The notes beneath the pieces were generated by a model, which saw nothing but the letters and a program-made list of their open reading frames with translations, searched no databases and was not told where the DNA came from. Made by a program: the position numbers and the translations under genes. Positions 9,747-21,664 of a stretch of 64,000 nucleotides of DNA are shown here, piece by piece. The stretch covers positions 15,967 to 79,966 of the forward strand of contig JBAYUN010000002.1 in NCBI GenBank assembly GCA_041675085.1. Reading direction: 5' to 3'. Every line of letters starts with the position of its first letter. The first letter of the stretch is position 1. This DNA is from Minisyncoccota bacterium. Its GTDB lineage: Bacteria > Patescibacteriota > Minisyncoccia > Phycocordibacterales > UBA9973.

Positions 9747-10062
9747 TTTTCTTTACAGTCTTAACAACTTTCTTTGCGTCTTTTTTGATTTCTTTTACTT
9801 TAGTTTTTACTTCTTTTTGAACTTGCTTCTTGTCTACTTTTTGAATTTCTTTTTTTATTTTCTTGTACATAGGAGTCGCTTTTTTCTTCACTTCTTCTAT
9901 TAGCTCCATAGCTTCTTCTTTTAGCTCTTCGGTTAGCTTTATAACTTTTGCTCTATTCTTTTTACCATCAGGTCCCATAAACTCATAAGCTAAAGCTCCG
10001 ATAGCCCCTGCTACTACTCCCTTTTTCAACATACTACCATTTTCTTTTTTTTGTTTTTTCAT
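9718..10062 (-). CDS. Hypothetical Lys-rich protein, YtxH-like
   Basis: GVVAGAIGALAYEFMGPDGKKNR followed by a coiled-coil-like tail. Confidence 0.65.
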   Translation of the reverse strand: MKKQKKENGSMLKKGVVAGAIGALAYEFMGPDGKKNRAKVIKLTEELKEEAMELIEEVKKKATPMYKKIKKEIQKVDKKQVQKEVKTKVKEIKKDAKKVVKTVKKNAKKVLFSK

Positions 10063-10084
10063 ATTTTTAAAATATTATTAATAA

Positions 10085-10345
10085 TTAATCAGTTTTACTT
10101 TTTCTATTTTTTCTTTTCTTTCCAAAAATAAATTTATACAAAACACTCTCTTCTAAGTTTTTAGCTAATTCTTCCACATGATCCCCTGCATAGTCGGCTC
10201 CATTTTTAATCTTACGAGAAATTGATTTAAAGTCACGCAAAATAGATATTATATAAATAATTGCAACGACTAAAAGAATAGTCAAAATAATAAAAGAGGC
10301 ACTAGATATAAAGAAAAATATTTCTGATTGTATAAGATTTTCCAT
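10085..10345 (-). CDS. Hypothetical single-TM protein
   Basis: 86 aa, N-terminal hydrophobic helix, upstream TGGTATAAT. Confidence 0.65.
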   Translation of the reverse strand: MENLIQSEIFFFISSASFIILTILLVVAIIYIISILRDFKSISRKIKNGADYAGDHVEELAKNLEESVLYKFIFGKKRKNRKSKTD

Positions 10346-10401
10346 ACTTATATTATACCATTTCTTTCTTTTTTATGAAAATAGTGTAAATTTAATATAT
10401 T

Positions 10402-10487
10402 GGAGGCGTCGGATAGTGGTTTATTCCACCGACTTGGAAAGTCGGCATACCCAAAAGGTATCGTGAGTTCAAATCTCACCGCCTCCG
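10402..10487 (+). tRNA. tRNA-Ser(GGA)
   Basis: Acceptor GGAGGCG/CGCCTCC, anticodon arm CCGAC-TTGGAAA-GTCGG, long variable arm, GTTCAAATC, G73. Confidence 0.93.
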
Positions 10488-10571
10488 CAAAACAAGGAAC
10501 AAAGTGACTATGTTTTGCGTGAGTGTAGTTCAAGGAGTGAAATGACTATGAACCCACCTCCGCAAAATAAC

Positions 10572-12671
<2,100 letters not shown>

Positions 12672-13229
12672 TTAATATCTTAACTCAATTTCACGTTCAA
12701 CTCTAGTCGGACTATTGGAAGTACAAGAGATATTGTCTCCTCCCGTATTGTATCCTTTTGAAACTATTATAGTCTCATCATCATCAGGGTCATTAATATC
12801 ATTAAAATCTTTAGTTACAGTAACAACAGCACAAGCCTTACCAGAAGTACCCAAATTAAATAAAATAAAAGTCCAAGGACCAGTAGGACTATATCCACCA
12901 GTAAAACCAAATTGATTTCTAGCACATTCTAGGGTCAAAGGCTCTGCTCCATTATACCCAAAAGGATTTTCATAGCCTCCGAAACTAGTTTGTACCCCTT
13001 TAAAATCATAATATAAAGCACATTCAATACCAGTATCAGAAGCAAAGAAAGCCTCTCCTGTATTTTTCGCAGATGTACCAAAACTGATTTCTTTGTAAGT
13101 AATATCTGCCAAACCTAAAGACACAGAAAGGATAATGCTAGTCAAAACTACTGCGAAAAGAATCACAAAGCCTTTATCTTTTTGATTTCTTTTTAGATTT
13201 ATTAAATTTTGTTTTTTAAATAAATTCAT
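12672..13229 (-). CDS. Minor pilin, PilX-like
   Basis: KGFVILFAVV prepilin-like start lacking E5, AFFASDTGIECALY; last gene of pilin cluster; start at 13229 avoids overlap. Confidence 0.75.
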   Translation of the reverse strand: MNLFKKQNLINLKRNQKDKGFVILFAVVLTSIILSVSLGLADITYKEISFGTSAKNTGEAFFASDTGIECALYYDFKGVQTSFGGYENPFGYNGAEPLTLECARNQFGFTGGYSPTGPWTFILFNLGTSGKACAVVTVTKDFNDINDPDDDETIIVSKGYNTGGDNISCTSNSPTRVEREIELRY

Positions 13230-13233
13230 AATA

Positions 13234-13836
13234 TTATTCTGCCCAATTTTTGAGATAATTAGAAAATGAAACATTATAATTCTGAGTACCTTTTGTCCAA
13301 TAAACAGTAGAAACTACAATAATCTCTTTGTTTTCACCTATAGTATTTGCAGCATTAGTCAAATTCCTAACTTCAATTTTTCTAATAAAATTTGTCTCTG
13401 TACTGCTTGGATTATAATTATATCTTGTAATAGCGATATTCTCAGAATTATCATAACGTAATTTTGGACAAACTCCAGCAGGACATTCCGTAATAGTTAT
13501 AAATTTCATAGGCTGTGCAGAGCTAGTATAGTTCACGGTATTAGGATCAAAATAACAACCGTTACCTGTCTCACAAGGAGCTACTTTGAGACGAAAAGCT
13601 GTCCAACCGTCTGATTCAAATAATACATGAGTATCACGAATATTTTTCATATACTCTAAACCTTCTTGAGCCAAGAAGGTTGCTACTAGTTTATTCTTGG
13701 AATAGTTAGTATCGCCCACACTACCTCCAGAAAAAGAAAGTAAACTCAAGATAGCTCCAGTAAAAATAGAGATAGCCACCAGAGTCTCAACTAAAGTGAA
13801 CGCAGTATTTAATTTTTGTTTTTTGAAAAATTTCAT
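13234..13836 (-). CDS. Minor pilin, PilV-like
   Basis: AFTLVETLVAISI N-methylation motif, ATFLAQEGLEYMKNIRD. Confidence 0.85.
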   Translation of the reverse strand: MKFFKKQKLNTAFTLVETLVAISIFTGAILSLLSFSGGSVGDTNYSKNKLVATFLAQEGLEYMKNIRDTHVLFESDGWTAFRLKVAPCETGNGCYFDPNTVNYTSSAQPMKFITITECPAGVCPKLRYDNSENIAITRYNYNPSSTETNFIRKIEVRNLTNAANTIGENKEIIVVSTVYWTKGTQNYNVSFSNYLKNWAE

Positions 13837-13850
13837 ATTTTTATTTTGTA

Positions 13851-14471
13851 TTATTCGGCTATGTCTATAGTAGTTTGAGAGACTGAGTTTTGCAAAGCAA
13901 AAGGAGTTACCACACCTTTATACCTCATCTCTCCGACTAGTCTAATATTCACAAAAGGCTGTTGAGTGTCACCTGGTAAAGGTTCTGCACCTACTACAGA
14001 AAAACCAGAAACATTACTAAGATGAATCCCTTCGTCAGTAAGCTCTACCCAATTTACAGGAGTCGCGTCTGCGTCTATGGTTTTTAGAATTTTAAAAGTT
14101 TGCCCTAAGTCATATGATACAATAGAATACGCCCAGCGATCACGAGTAATAGCTTCTCTAAAAGAGATAGTCCCTCCAGTTATACAACTCTCTGTATCTG
14201 TAGCTGGGTCACTAAATGAAAGGTCAAGGCTACATTTATACTGATCCCCTGTTCTAATATTTCTAGACATGTCTTCCATAATAAAAGTCAGATTGTCCAT
14301 TATCGCCCGAGCGTCTTTAGCTTTATTTAAAATTACGTTGGCATTCAAGAGTGAATTCATACCCATAGTCACAATAATCAGGAAAAGAGAAATAGATATC
14401 ATCGTCTCGATGATAGTATATCCACCCTTATCACTCAGATTTTGTTTTTTATTTTTAAAAATATTTTTCAT
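13851..14471 (-). CDS. Minor pilin, PilW-like
   Basis: GYTIIETMISI motif, MSRNIRTG. Confidence 0.85.
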   Translation of the reverse strand: MKNIFKNKKQNLSDKGGYTIIETMISISLFLIIVTMGMNSLLNANVILNKAKDARAIMDNLTFIMEDMSRNIRTGDQYKCSLDLSFSDPATDTESCITGGTISFREAITRDRWAYSIVSYDLGQTFKILKTIDADATPVNWVELTDEGIHLSNVSGFSVVGAEPLPGDTQQPFVNIRLVGEMRYKGVVTPFALQNSVSQTTIDIAE

Positions 14472-14474
14472 AAA

Positions 14475-15065
14475 TTATTTAATCTGCACTCTACCTGAAG
14501 GGTATATTTTAATAACCGAATAAATACCCACATTAGGGCTCGACAGAGTAATCTGTACAAATTGCAAATTTACTAGAGGAGTCAAGCTAGAACCTACATA
14601 AAATACAGCTCCTGAATTCGGTCTAGTAAAAGTTATGTGCAGAGGATTATTGATAGGATTAGGATTGTCATTCAAAAAATATTCAACATGGGAAATATAA
14701 TTACCCTTAGTGATATTTATACCACTTGTACATTCTGCTCCAGGACAGGTGTATTTCTTGTCTCCATTTATATCAGTAAAAATATTGAAAGTTTTGTCTG
14801 TATTAATATCAAAGTATACGCCATAAGAAGGACGCCAATTAAGAGGAGCTCCAGTCGCAGGCACACGCCCAGCGATAGAATTCTTTTGAGCTTCGGTGAC
14901 TTTCAAGGCGACGTCATTCGCAAGGTTCTTGATATCTACACGATCTTGGAATTCACCATAATTAAAAAGAGATACAGTAGATAGTAGAGCCACGATAGAT
15001 ATAACCACTATCAACTCAACATAAGTCATTCCCCTATTCTTTTGTACTGTTTTTAAAAAAGACAT
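14475..15065 (-). CDS. Minor pilin, FimT/FimU-like
   Basis: GMTYVELIVVISI motif, YGVYF, C-terminal SGRV. Confidence 0.85.
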   Translation of the reverse strand: MSFLKTVQKNRGMTYVELIVVISIVALLSTVSLFNYGEFQDRVDIKNLANDVALKVTEAQKNSIAGRVPATGAPLNWRPSYGVYFDINTDKTFNIFTDINGDKKYTCPGAECTSGINITKGNYISHVEYFLNDNPNPINNPLHITFTRPNSGAVFYVGSSLTPLVNLQFVQITLSSPNVGIYSVIKIYPSGRVQIK

Positions 15066-15070
15066 TTATA

Positions 15071-15856
15071 TTAATATATTGAAAACAAATTAAGTTCTAA
15101 AATAAAAGAGATAAAAGTTCCTAAAACTAAAAACGGAGCGAAAGGTATCTCGCTTTTTAGACCTTTAATTTTCTGTAACATTACCAACAAAATACCTACC
15201 ACGGCTCCAATCCAGAAAGCCAAGACCACAGCCGATAAACCAAAAGCAAGACCTAAGAAAAGTCCTAGACCTAGAGTGAGCTTTGCATCTCCAAAACCCA
15301 TCCAACGCCCACCAGAGACAAGCCAAAAGAAAGCAAAAGGCAGAGCGAGTAGTGCACCCGAGAATTCATAAAGACTAGGTATATGAACGTTGAACATAAA
15401 TTCTGAGAAAGTGAAAACTCCTGCAAAAGCCAAGGTACCAAAAACCAGAGACAAAACATCAGGGATTATCTTGTGACGAATATCGTAAACTGTAATCACA
15501 AGTAACAAAGAAAACATAGTAGCGTAGTATCCATAAGTAAAAGCAAACATAATAGGATCTACATAAAATACATATTCAAACTTTAAAAATAACAACAAGA
15601 AAGCCAAACCTGTAACGAATTCAACTAGAGGATACTGAAAAGAAATACCGGTCTTGCAGTGACGGCATCGTCCAGAAAGAAAACAATAAGAGAAAACAGG
15701 TACAAGGTCATACCAACGTATCTCTTCCCTGCAAGAAAAACAAAAGCTACGCCCGCCAAAAGTCTTGTGAGTATTGAGACGAAAAATAACTACATTCAAA
15801 AAACTTCCAATAACTAAACCTAGTAGAAAAAATATCGAAAATATAATTAAGTCCAT
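15071..15856 (-). CDS. pilD: Prepilin peptidase
   Basis: GSFLNVVIFR, RSFCFSC, GRCRHC, MGFGDAKL, IPFAPFL. Confidence 0.95.
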   Translation of the reverse strand: MDLIIFSIFFLLGLVIGSFLNVVIFRLNTHKTFGGRSFCFSCREEIRWYDLVPVFSYCFLSGRCRHCKTGISFQYPLVEFVTGLAFLLLFLKFEYVFYVDPIMFAFTYGYYATMFSLLLVITVYDIRHKIIPDVLSLVFGTLAFAGVFTFSEFMFNVHIPSLYEFSGALLALPFAFFWLVSGGRWMGFGDAKLTLGLGLFLGLAFGLSAVVLAFWIGAVVGILLVMLQKIKGLKSEIPFAPFLVLGTFISFILELNLFSIY

Positions 15857-15885
15857 TTATATATTATAGCAATATAAACTAAACA

Positions 15886-15912
15886 AAAAAAGCCCCTCAT
15901 GGGGCTTTTTTT
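15886..15912. terminator. Intrinsic terminator after second pilin
   Basis: AAAAAAGCCCC-TCAT-GGGGCTTTTTT. Confidence 0.8.
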
Positions 15913-15919
15913 GAATTAA

Positions 15920-16429
15920 CTAATCACATAAAGCGATAGTTCCATTTGTTATTAGAGCATTTAGTTCTGCTTGAGTTGGAGAACCGTCTAAGGTAAGTTT
16001 TTTAGAACTACCAGCACCATCTACACACCAAGCTTCAGTATTAGGTTTTTCTTTCAACTGAATACCTATTGACCAAGAAGTCGCTGTAGACATACAAGAC
16101 TCTAATCCACCAGAATTTTTCATTGCCTCACTTACCTGAGCCCAGATTGTTGGATCAGCAAATAAAGTATCAGCAGTATTGGCACAAGCTCCTAAAGTAA
16201 AAGCAGTAGGAGTAGAATCAACTCCATATCCACCGTGAGTTGCTGCTAATAATTCTGCTTGACCTCTCATGTTTGCAAGATTAGATTTTATCGATGAATC
16301 CTGTCCTTTGTTTTTTCCTGAACCAAGTGATGTTAAAACAATTGCAGCAAGTATTCCAATAATAGACACAACAATCAATAACTCTATTAAAGTAAAACCT
16401 TTCTTGAAATTTAATTTTTTATAAAACAT
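15920..16429 (-). CDS. Type IV pilin (paralogue 2)
   Basis: KGFTLIELLIVVSIIGILAAIV, WCVDG. Confidence 0.92.
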   Translation of the reverse strand: MFYKKLNFKKGFTLIELLIVVSIIGILAAIVLTSLGSGKNKGQDSSIKSNLANMRGQAELLAATHGGYGVDSTPTAFTLGACANTADTLFADPTIWAQVSEAMKNSGGLESCMSTATSWSIGIQLKEKPNTEAWCVDGAGSSKKLTLDGSPTQAELNALITNGTIALCD

Positions 16430-16499
16430 TTTATATTTATTTAATTAATTAATAAGAATATAACTATAAATAATTATAACATATATAAATAAAAAAAAT

Positions 16500-16520
16500 A
16501 AAGCCCCGAGAAGGGGCTTT
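16500..16520 (-). terminator. Intrinsic terminator after pilin
   Basis: AAAGCCCC-GAGAA-GGGGCTTT. Confidence 0.7.
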
Positions 16521-16552
16521 ATTTTTAAAACAACTGATATCTTGATATTAGA

Positions 16553-16996
16553 TTATATACAAGCTACAGCTGTAGTACTCAATGTTGTTGCATTTGCAGC
16601 AGTTTGACCCTTAGAATTACCTACAGAATCAACACACCAAGTAGTAAAAGTACCTTCTGCTGCTTTTAATACAGAATAAGCCGCCCAAGCACTAGCAGAA
16701 TCATTACAATCGTTAGTTACTGTTCCTATTGCACCACCTCCAGCAGTTGCTGCTCCAGCCATTGCTCTAACAACAGCAGGATCAGCACAAACGTTATCAT
16801 AACTTCCAGAATCATTATCATACACGATTTCTGCTTGTGCACGGATTCCTGACAAGTTAGCTTTGACTGAAGCATTAGCACCTTTACTTCTAGCTGTGTT
16901 TAGTGAAGCTAAAACAACAGAAGCCAAGATACCGATGATTGCAACAACAACCAACAATTCTATCAATGTAAAACCTTTTTTGAAATTTAATTTCAT
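16553..16996 (-). CDS. Type IV pilin, probable major pilin
   Basis: KGFTLIELLVVVAIIGILASVV, WCVDS; own upstream -10 and downstream terminator. Confidence 0.92.
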   Translation of the reverse strand: MKLNFKKGFTLIELLVVVAIIGILASVVLASLNTARSKGANASVKANLSGIRAQAEIVYDNDSGSYDNVCADPAVVRAMAGAATAGGGAIGTVTNDCNDSASAWAAYSVLKAAEGTFTTWCVDSVGNSKGQTAANATTLSTTAVACI

Positions 16997-17096
16997 ATTT
17001 TTTTATAATAAACTTTTAATAATTTTAATAAAATAATTTCGACTTTATTTTTATGCTTAAATTATAACATAATCCTAAAATAGTGAGGCAAATGAG

Positions 17097-17105
17097 TTAT
17101 CCACA
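17097..17105 (+). promoter_or_regulatory. Perfect DnaA box upstream of pilin promoter
   Basis: TTATCCACA; extended -10 TGTTATAAT on minus strand at 17061-17069. Confidence 0.4.
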
Positions 17106-17116
17106 GACCATAAAAC

Positions 17117-17147
17117 AAAAGCCCTCCGCCTAAGGCGGAGGGCTTTT
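17117..17147. terminator. Intrinsic terminator after pilC
   Basis: AAAAGCCCTCCGCC-TAA-GGCGGAGGGCTTTT. Confidence 0.8.
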
Positions 17148-17156
17148 TAAAATCTT

Positions 17157-18365
17157 TTAGCCTATTCCTCCAGCGAGGTTATAAATAGGCACGAGCACCG
17201 ATACGAGAAGTATACCAACTCCGAGACCGAGCACCACGATCATTACAGGTTCGATAAGTCCGATGAGAGTATCAACAGCATCATCAACCTCACGTTTATA
17301 GAAATCGGCTAGAGTCTTCAATATCTGACCCAAGGATCCGGTCTCTTCTCCGACTTTCACCATCTGCACCATGATACCTGGAATAAATTCTCCATACTTT
17401 TCAAAAGATTGAGACAATGACGCACCAGACTTCACATTCTCAGCTACTTCTTTCAATATACTTTTATATACTCTACTACTAACGACGTCGGCAGTAATAT
17501 CTATCGAACGAATAATAGGAATACCAGAGACTAGCATCGTGTCTAGGTTATCAGCAATACGAGAAAGGAAAAGTTTCTTGTACAAATCACCTACTACTGG
17601 TATAGATAGTCGAGCCTTGTCTATATAATTCTTACCAGCTTCACTACGAGAAACACTAAATACCCAAATTCCAAATATTACCAAGAATATCAAAGCGATA
17701 AAACCATAATTCACAAAGAAATCCGAGATAGCGATAATAATCTTGGTATAAACAGGTATTTCTTGTCCTGAATCAAGCAAAATACTAGAGAGCTTTGGGA
17801 TAACAACAGTAAACATAACAGTCATAACTACAAAGAAAGTCAGGATAACGAAGAGCGGATATATGAGGGCGTTTTTAGTCTTGGAAGTAAGGGCATATTG
17901 ACGATCGAGATATTCAGACAAGTGTAAAAAGGTTTGGTTCAATTTACCTGTCTCTTCTCCAGCTTTGACCATGTTTACATAAAATTCTGAGAAGACTTCT
18001 GGATGTTTACCTAAAGCTCCAGAAATAGATACTCCAGACTGCAAATCGTCTCCGACTTCTACGAGCTTTCTGCCGAGTAGTTTGTTCTCTGAATTTGTCG
18101 CAAGCATACTAAATGCTTTTAGGGCCGAGACTTGGGCTTCGAAAAGAGTAGATATCTGACGAGAAAGAATAACGATATCTTTAGTTGAAACTTTATCAAA
18201 AAAAGACATCTGCAACACTGATTTTTCTCCGTCAGACTGCTCTATAGCTACCACAATAAGACCTCTGCGTTGCAATCCACTGATAGCAAGATCACGGTTT
18301 GGAGCGTCTATCTCCCCTTCTTTTTTTATTCCTTTTTCATCTACTGATTTATATTTGAATAGCAT
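17157..18365 (-). CDS. pilC: Type IV pilus platform protein (GspF family)
   Basis: MVKAGEETGKL, ALIYP, VGEETGSL, LIEP. Confidence 0.95.
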   Translation of the reverse strand: MLFKYKSVDEKGIKKEGEIDAPNRDLAISGLQRRGLIVVAIEQSDGEKSVLQMSFFDKVSTKDIVILSRQISTLFEAQVSALKAFSMLATNSENKLLGRKLVEVGDDLQSGVSISGALGKHPEVFSEFYVNMVKAGEETGKLNQTFLHLSEYLDRQYALTSKTKNALIYPLFVILTFFVVMTVMFTVVIPKLSSILLDSGQEIPVYTKIIIAISDFFVNYGFIALIFLVIFGIWVFSVSRSEAGKNYIDKARLSIPVVGDLYKKLFLSRIADNLDTMLVSGIPIIRSIDITADVVSSRVYKSILKEVAENVKSGASLSQSFEKYGEFIPGIMVQMVKVGEETGSLGQILKTLADFYKREVDDAVDTLIGLIEPVMIVVLGLGVGILLVSVLVPIYNLAGGIG

Positions 18366-18398
18366 ATAGGTTAGTTCTAAAGTTAAAAGTTATAAATT

Positions 18399-19457
18399 TT
18401 AAAGCATTCTTTCTAGCCCTTTTGGGTTGAGAGAATATAGATAAGCATTCTCGATAGATATCTCACCTTTTCTAACTAAATCCAATAAAGAGTGATTGAG
18501 GTCTATCATACCTGACTCCATGCCTGTCTCTATGACGACGTCTATCTCGTGAGTTCTTTTTTCGCGAATTAGATTGGCTACAGCATTGTTGTTTAACAAT
18601 AATTCATACGCAGGGATAAGTCCTCCTGTAATTCTAGGAATTAATCTTTGAGAAAATATTCCTAATAACGAAGAAGACAATTGCACTCTGATCTGGTCTT
18701 GTTGATTACTCGGGAAAGAGTCTATGATTCTGTCTATGGTTTGAGAAGCGTTGTTGGTGTGGAGAGTAGACAAGACCAAGTGACCTGTCTCAGCTGCAGT
18801 CACAGCGGTAGCGATAGTCTCAGGAGTACGCATCTCACCTATCATGATAACATTTACGTCTTCACGAAATACAGACTGTAGGGCTTTATGGAAATCTTTG
18901 GTATCAATACCGACTTCGCGTTGATTGATGATAGATTTATCGGGAGTGTACATGTATTCTATTGGGTCTTCTATAGTGACTATGTGACGGTTTTGCTCTT
19001 TGTTTATGATATTAATCATAGAAGAAAGAGTGGTGGATTTACCTTGACCGACTGGACCTACGACTAAAAAGAAACCTTGCTTCTTACGTGCAATATCAGA
19101 AATAATTTGAGGGAGATTGAGTTCGTCCATAGGGCGAACTTTTGGGATAAGTCTCATGACTACGTTAATAAAACCTTTTTGAAAAAATGCATTACAACGT
19201 AAACGAGCTTCACCTTTGAAATCATACGAGAAATCTAATTCTTGGTTTTCCAAAAAAGAATCTAGTCTTTTTTGATCTATCATAATAGATAAAATACCAA
19301 GCATGTCTTCTTTGGACAATATTGGATGTTTTACTAAAAAAATAAGTTCTCCGTACACACGCATAGCCGGCACTCGTCCGCCACCTAAATGGAGATCCGA
19401 TCCTCCTTCACGTATAACTGTTAAAATAAGATTTTCTAATTCTTGTTTATAATCCAT
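18399..19457 (-). CDS. pilT: Type IV pilus retraction ATPase
   Basis: SDLHL, GPVGQGKSTT, TIEDPIEY, GEMR, AAETGHLVLSTLHTN, VANLIRE. Confidence 0.95.
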   Translation of the reverse strand: MDYKQELENLILTVIREGGSDLHLGGGRVPAMRVYGELIFLVKHPILSKEDMLGILSIMIDQKRLDSFLENQELDFSYDFKGEARLRCNAFFQKGFINVVMRLIPKVRPMDELNLPQIISDIARKKQGFFLVVGPVGQGKSTTLSSMINIINKEQNRHIVTIEDPIEYMYTPDKSIINQREVGIDTKDFHKALQSVFREDVNVIMIGEMRTPETIATAVTAAETGHLVLSTLHTNNASQTIDRIIDSFPSNQQDQIRVQLSSSLLGIFSQRLIPRITGGLIPAYELLLNNNAVANLIREKRTHEIDVVIETGMESGMIDLNHSLLDLVRKGEISIENAYLYSLNPKGLERML

Positions 19458-19870
19458 TAATTTGAAGCTAATTTATTAAATGTACTCTTGTCTGTTAAAA
19501 TACCAATAACTTTATTGACAACTTCACTCGGTACTGAGTTTGCTTTTATAATATATCCAGATACACCTAGAGACATACCCTTGTCTACGTCGGATTGTTG
19601 ATTCTTATTAGATAAAATAATCTTAACGGTATCTTTACACATTTCTTCTTCTTGTATTTTCTCTAAGGCTTCAAAGCCATTCATCTCAGGCATGATAACA
19701 TCAATCAATAGTATGTCTGGAGTCAAGCCTTCCTTTAGTTTATCTATAGCTCCTGCGCCATTGGTCGCAGTAAATACATCAAAATTATGTTGACTGAATT
19801 TAAAAGCATACATATCTAAAAGAAAACTATCGTCGTCCACTATTAAAATTTTTTTCTTTTCTCCTTCCAT
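19457..19870 (-). CDS. Single-domain response regulator (CheY-like)
   Basis: ILIVDDD, LLIDVIMPEMNG, YIIK; start taken at MEGEKK behind TATAAT. Confidence 0.9.
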   Translation of the reverse strand: MEGEKKKILIVDDDSFLLDMYAFKFSQHNFDVFTATNGAGAIDKLKEGLTPDILLIDVIMPEMNGFEALEKIQEEEMCKDTVKIILSNKNQQSDVDKGMSLGVSGYIIKANSVPSEVVNKVIGILTDKSTFNKLASN

Positions 19871-19905
19871 ATGCTTATTATACAATAATTAATTTAAAAA
19901 ATATA

Positions 19906-21663
19906 TTATTCTCCTTCTGTAGCAAAATTGTACACATCACTATAAGGGATAATACCTTCGATGGCTTTCAACATGGCGTCTTCTTTCATAGTAATCATAC
20001 CGTTATTTCTAGCGATTTTGTAAATCTCAGCATAAGTAGGATTTTTCAAAATAGCATTTTGAATCTCTTTATCTATCTTGAACATTTCAAAAATAGCAGT
20101 ACGCCCTTTGGTTCCAGAGGCACATTCAGTAGAAGACACAGTATCGTACATCTCGGGTTTGAGAATAATTTTACTTCTAAATTCTTCTGGTAAATCTTTG
20201 ATTTCTTCTTCTATTTGTAATTTGATACTAGGGTCCATAGGGACTAGTTTGCGTGAAGTTGGGCAAGTAGTACGAGCCAGACGCTGAGCTACAGATAATA
20301 TCAAAGTCGGAGCGATAAGGTACGGATCAACTCCCATGTCCACAAGACGAGGAATAGCTCCGATGGAATTGTTGGTGTGGAGAGTAGACAATACCAAGTG
20401 ACCAGTCAAGGCGGCTTGAATAGCGAGCTGAGCTGTTTCTTTATCACGTATTTCTCCTACGATAATAATATCAGGGTCCTGACGTAAGATAGAACGTAAT
20501 CCAGATGCAAAAGTATAACCTATCTCTGGCAAAACTTGGGATTGGTTGATGTCTGGCATATGATACTCGACTGGGTCTTCGAGGGTGACGATATTACTCG
20601 TCTCTTTATCGAGTTCATTCATTACAGAGTAAAGTGTGGTTGATTTTCCGGAACCAGTAGGACCAGTAACTAGTATAAGTCCGTACGGCTTACGTATAGC
20701 TTCTTTGATAAGTCCTAAGTTTGTAGGAGACATGCCGAGCTCGTCTAAAGCTTTTACTCCCCTTTCAGAATCCAAAATACGCATCACAACTTTTTCTCCA
20801 TAATATCCCGGCATAGTCGATACACGAAAATCTATTTTGCGTCCTTCGAGATTGGTGCTAAAAGATCCATCTTGAGGTTTTCTTTTTTCATCTAGACGTA
20901 ATTTTGCTAAAATTTTAATACGAGCCACAACACCGTTGTGAACATTGGTAGGTAAAATAATAGTAGTATGGAGTGAGCCGTCAACACGATAACGGACTTT
21001 TACTTTCTCACCTCCATGCTCTATGTGAATATCAGAAGCACTACCTTCTATGGCATTTTTTAGTATAACTGCTACGATTTTAATAATCGGTGCATCTTCT
21101 ACTATTTTAGCTTCTTTACCTTGTGTGATATTTTTGATTTCATCGTTAAGACTATTGTCATCAATAACTTTAGTTTGATTTTCTTTTACTTCTTCAGGCT
21201 TATCGAAACCGTCTAGAGCCTCTTCGACTTGCACAGAGACTCCTTCATAGGCAGACATGATTTCTTCATAGTCACTCTTTGTAATAAGGAAAATTTTGAA
21301 AGGTAGACCTATCTTTGAAGAGATGAATTGTAAAGCATCTATACCTTGCATATTCTCAGGATCAGTAATACCAACTTCGAGCACACCTTCGTTCAATGCA
21401 AAAGGGGCAAAATGATAATATTTTGCTGAATCTGCGGGTATGTATTTTAAAACACTAAATGCAATATCTTTTTTATTGATTTTACGTGTTGGTAGATTAA
21501 AAAATTCACCTTTTACTATGAGCGACTGATCTTCAGTAACGCCGAATTCATGTAAAGCAGTATCGATATCGCCACCGTACTTTTGATTGGCACGATTTTT
21601 AATCTCCAATATTTGGTTCTGATTTATTAAACCTCTTTTTACTAATTCTTCTAAGAAACTCAT
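19906..21663 (-). CDS. pilB: Type IV pilus assembly ATPase (GspE/PulE family)
   Basis: ASDIHIE, PQDG, GPTGSGKSTT, ILRQDPD, GEIRD, LSTLHTN. Confidence 0.95.
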   Translation of the reverse strand: MSFLEELVKRGLINQNQILEIKNRANQKYGGDIDTALHEFGVTEDQSLIVKGEFFNLPTRKINKKDIAFSVLKYIPADSAKYYHFAPFALNEGVLEVGITDPENMQGIDALQFISSKIGLPFKIFLITKSDYEEIMSAYEGVSVQVEEALDGFDKPEEVKENQTKVIDDNSLNDEIKNITQGKEAKIVEDAPIIKIVAVILKNAIEGSASDIHIEHGGEKVKVRYRVDGSLHTTIILPTNVHNGVVARIKILAKLRLDEKRKPQDGSFSTNLEGRKIDFRVSTMPGYYGEKVVMRILDSERGVKALDELGMSPTNLGLIKEAIRKPYGLILVTGPTGSGKSTTLYSVMNELDKETSNIVTLEDPVEYHMPDINQSQVLPEIGYTFASGLRSILRQDPDIIIVGEIRDKETAQLAIQAALTGHLVLSTLHTNNSIGAIPRLVDMGVDPYLIAPTLILSVAQRLARTTCPTSRKLVPMDPSIKLQIEEEIKDLPEEFRSKIILKPEMYDTVSSTECASGTKGRTAIFEMFKIDKEIQNAILKNPTYAEIYKIARNNGMITMKEDAMLKAIEGIIPYSDVYNFATEGE

Positions 21664-21664
21664 A

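Noticed and set aside
10348-10533. 61-aa ORF on minus strand
   Set aside because: Antisense reading of tRNA-Ser(GGA)
17097-17105. Replication origin
   Set aside because: Single DnaA box, no cluster, no dnaA/dnaN nearby and no switch in gene orientation
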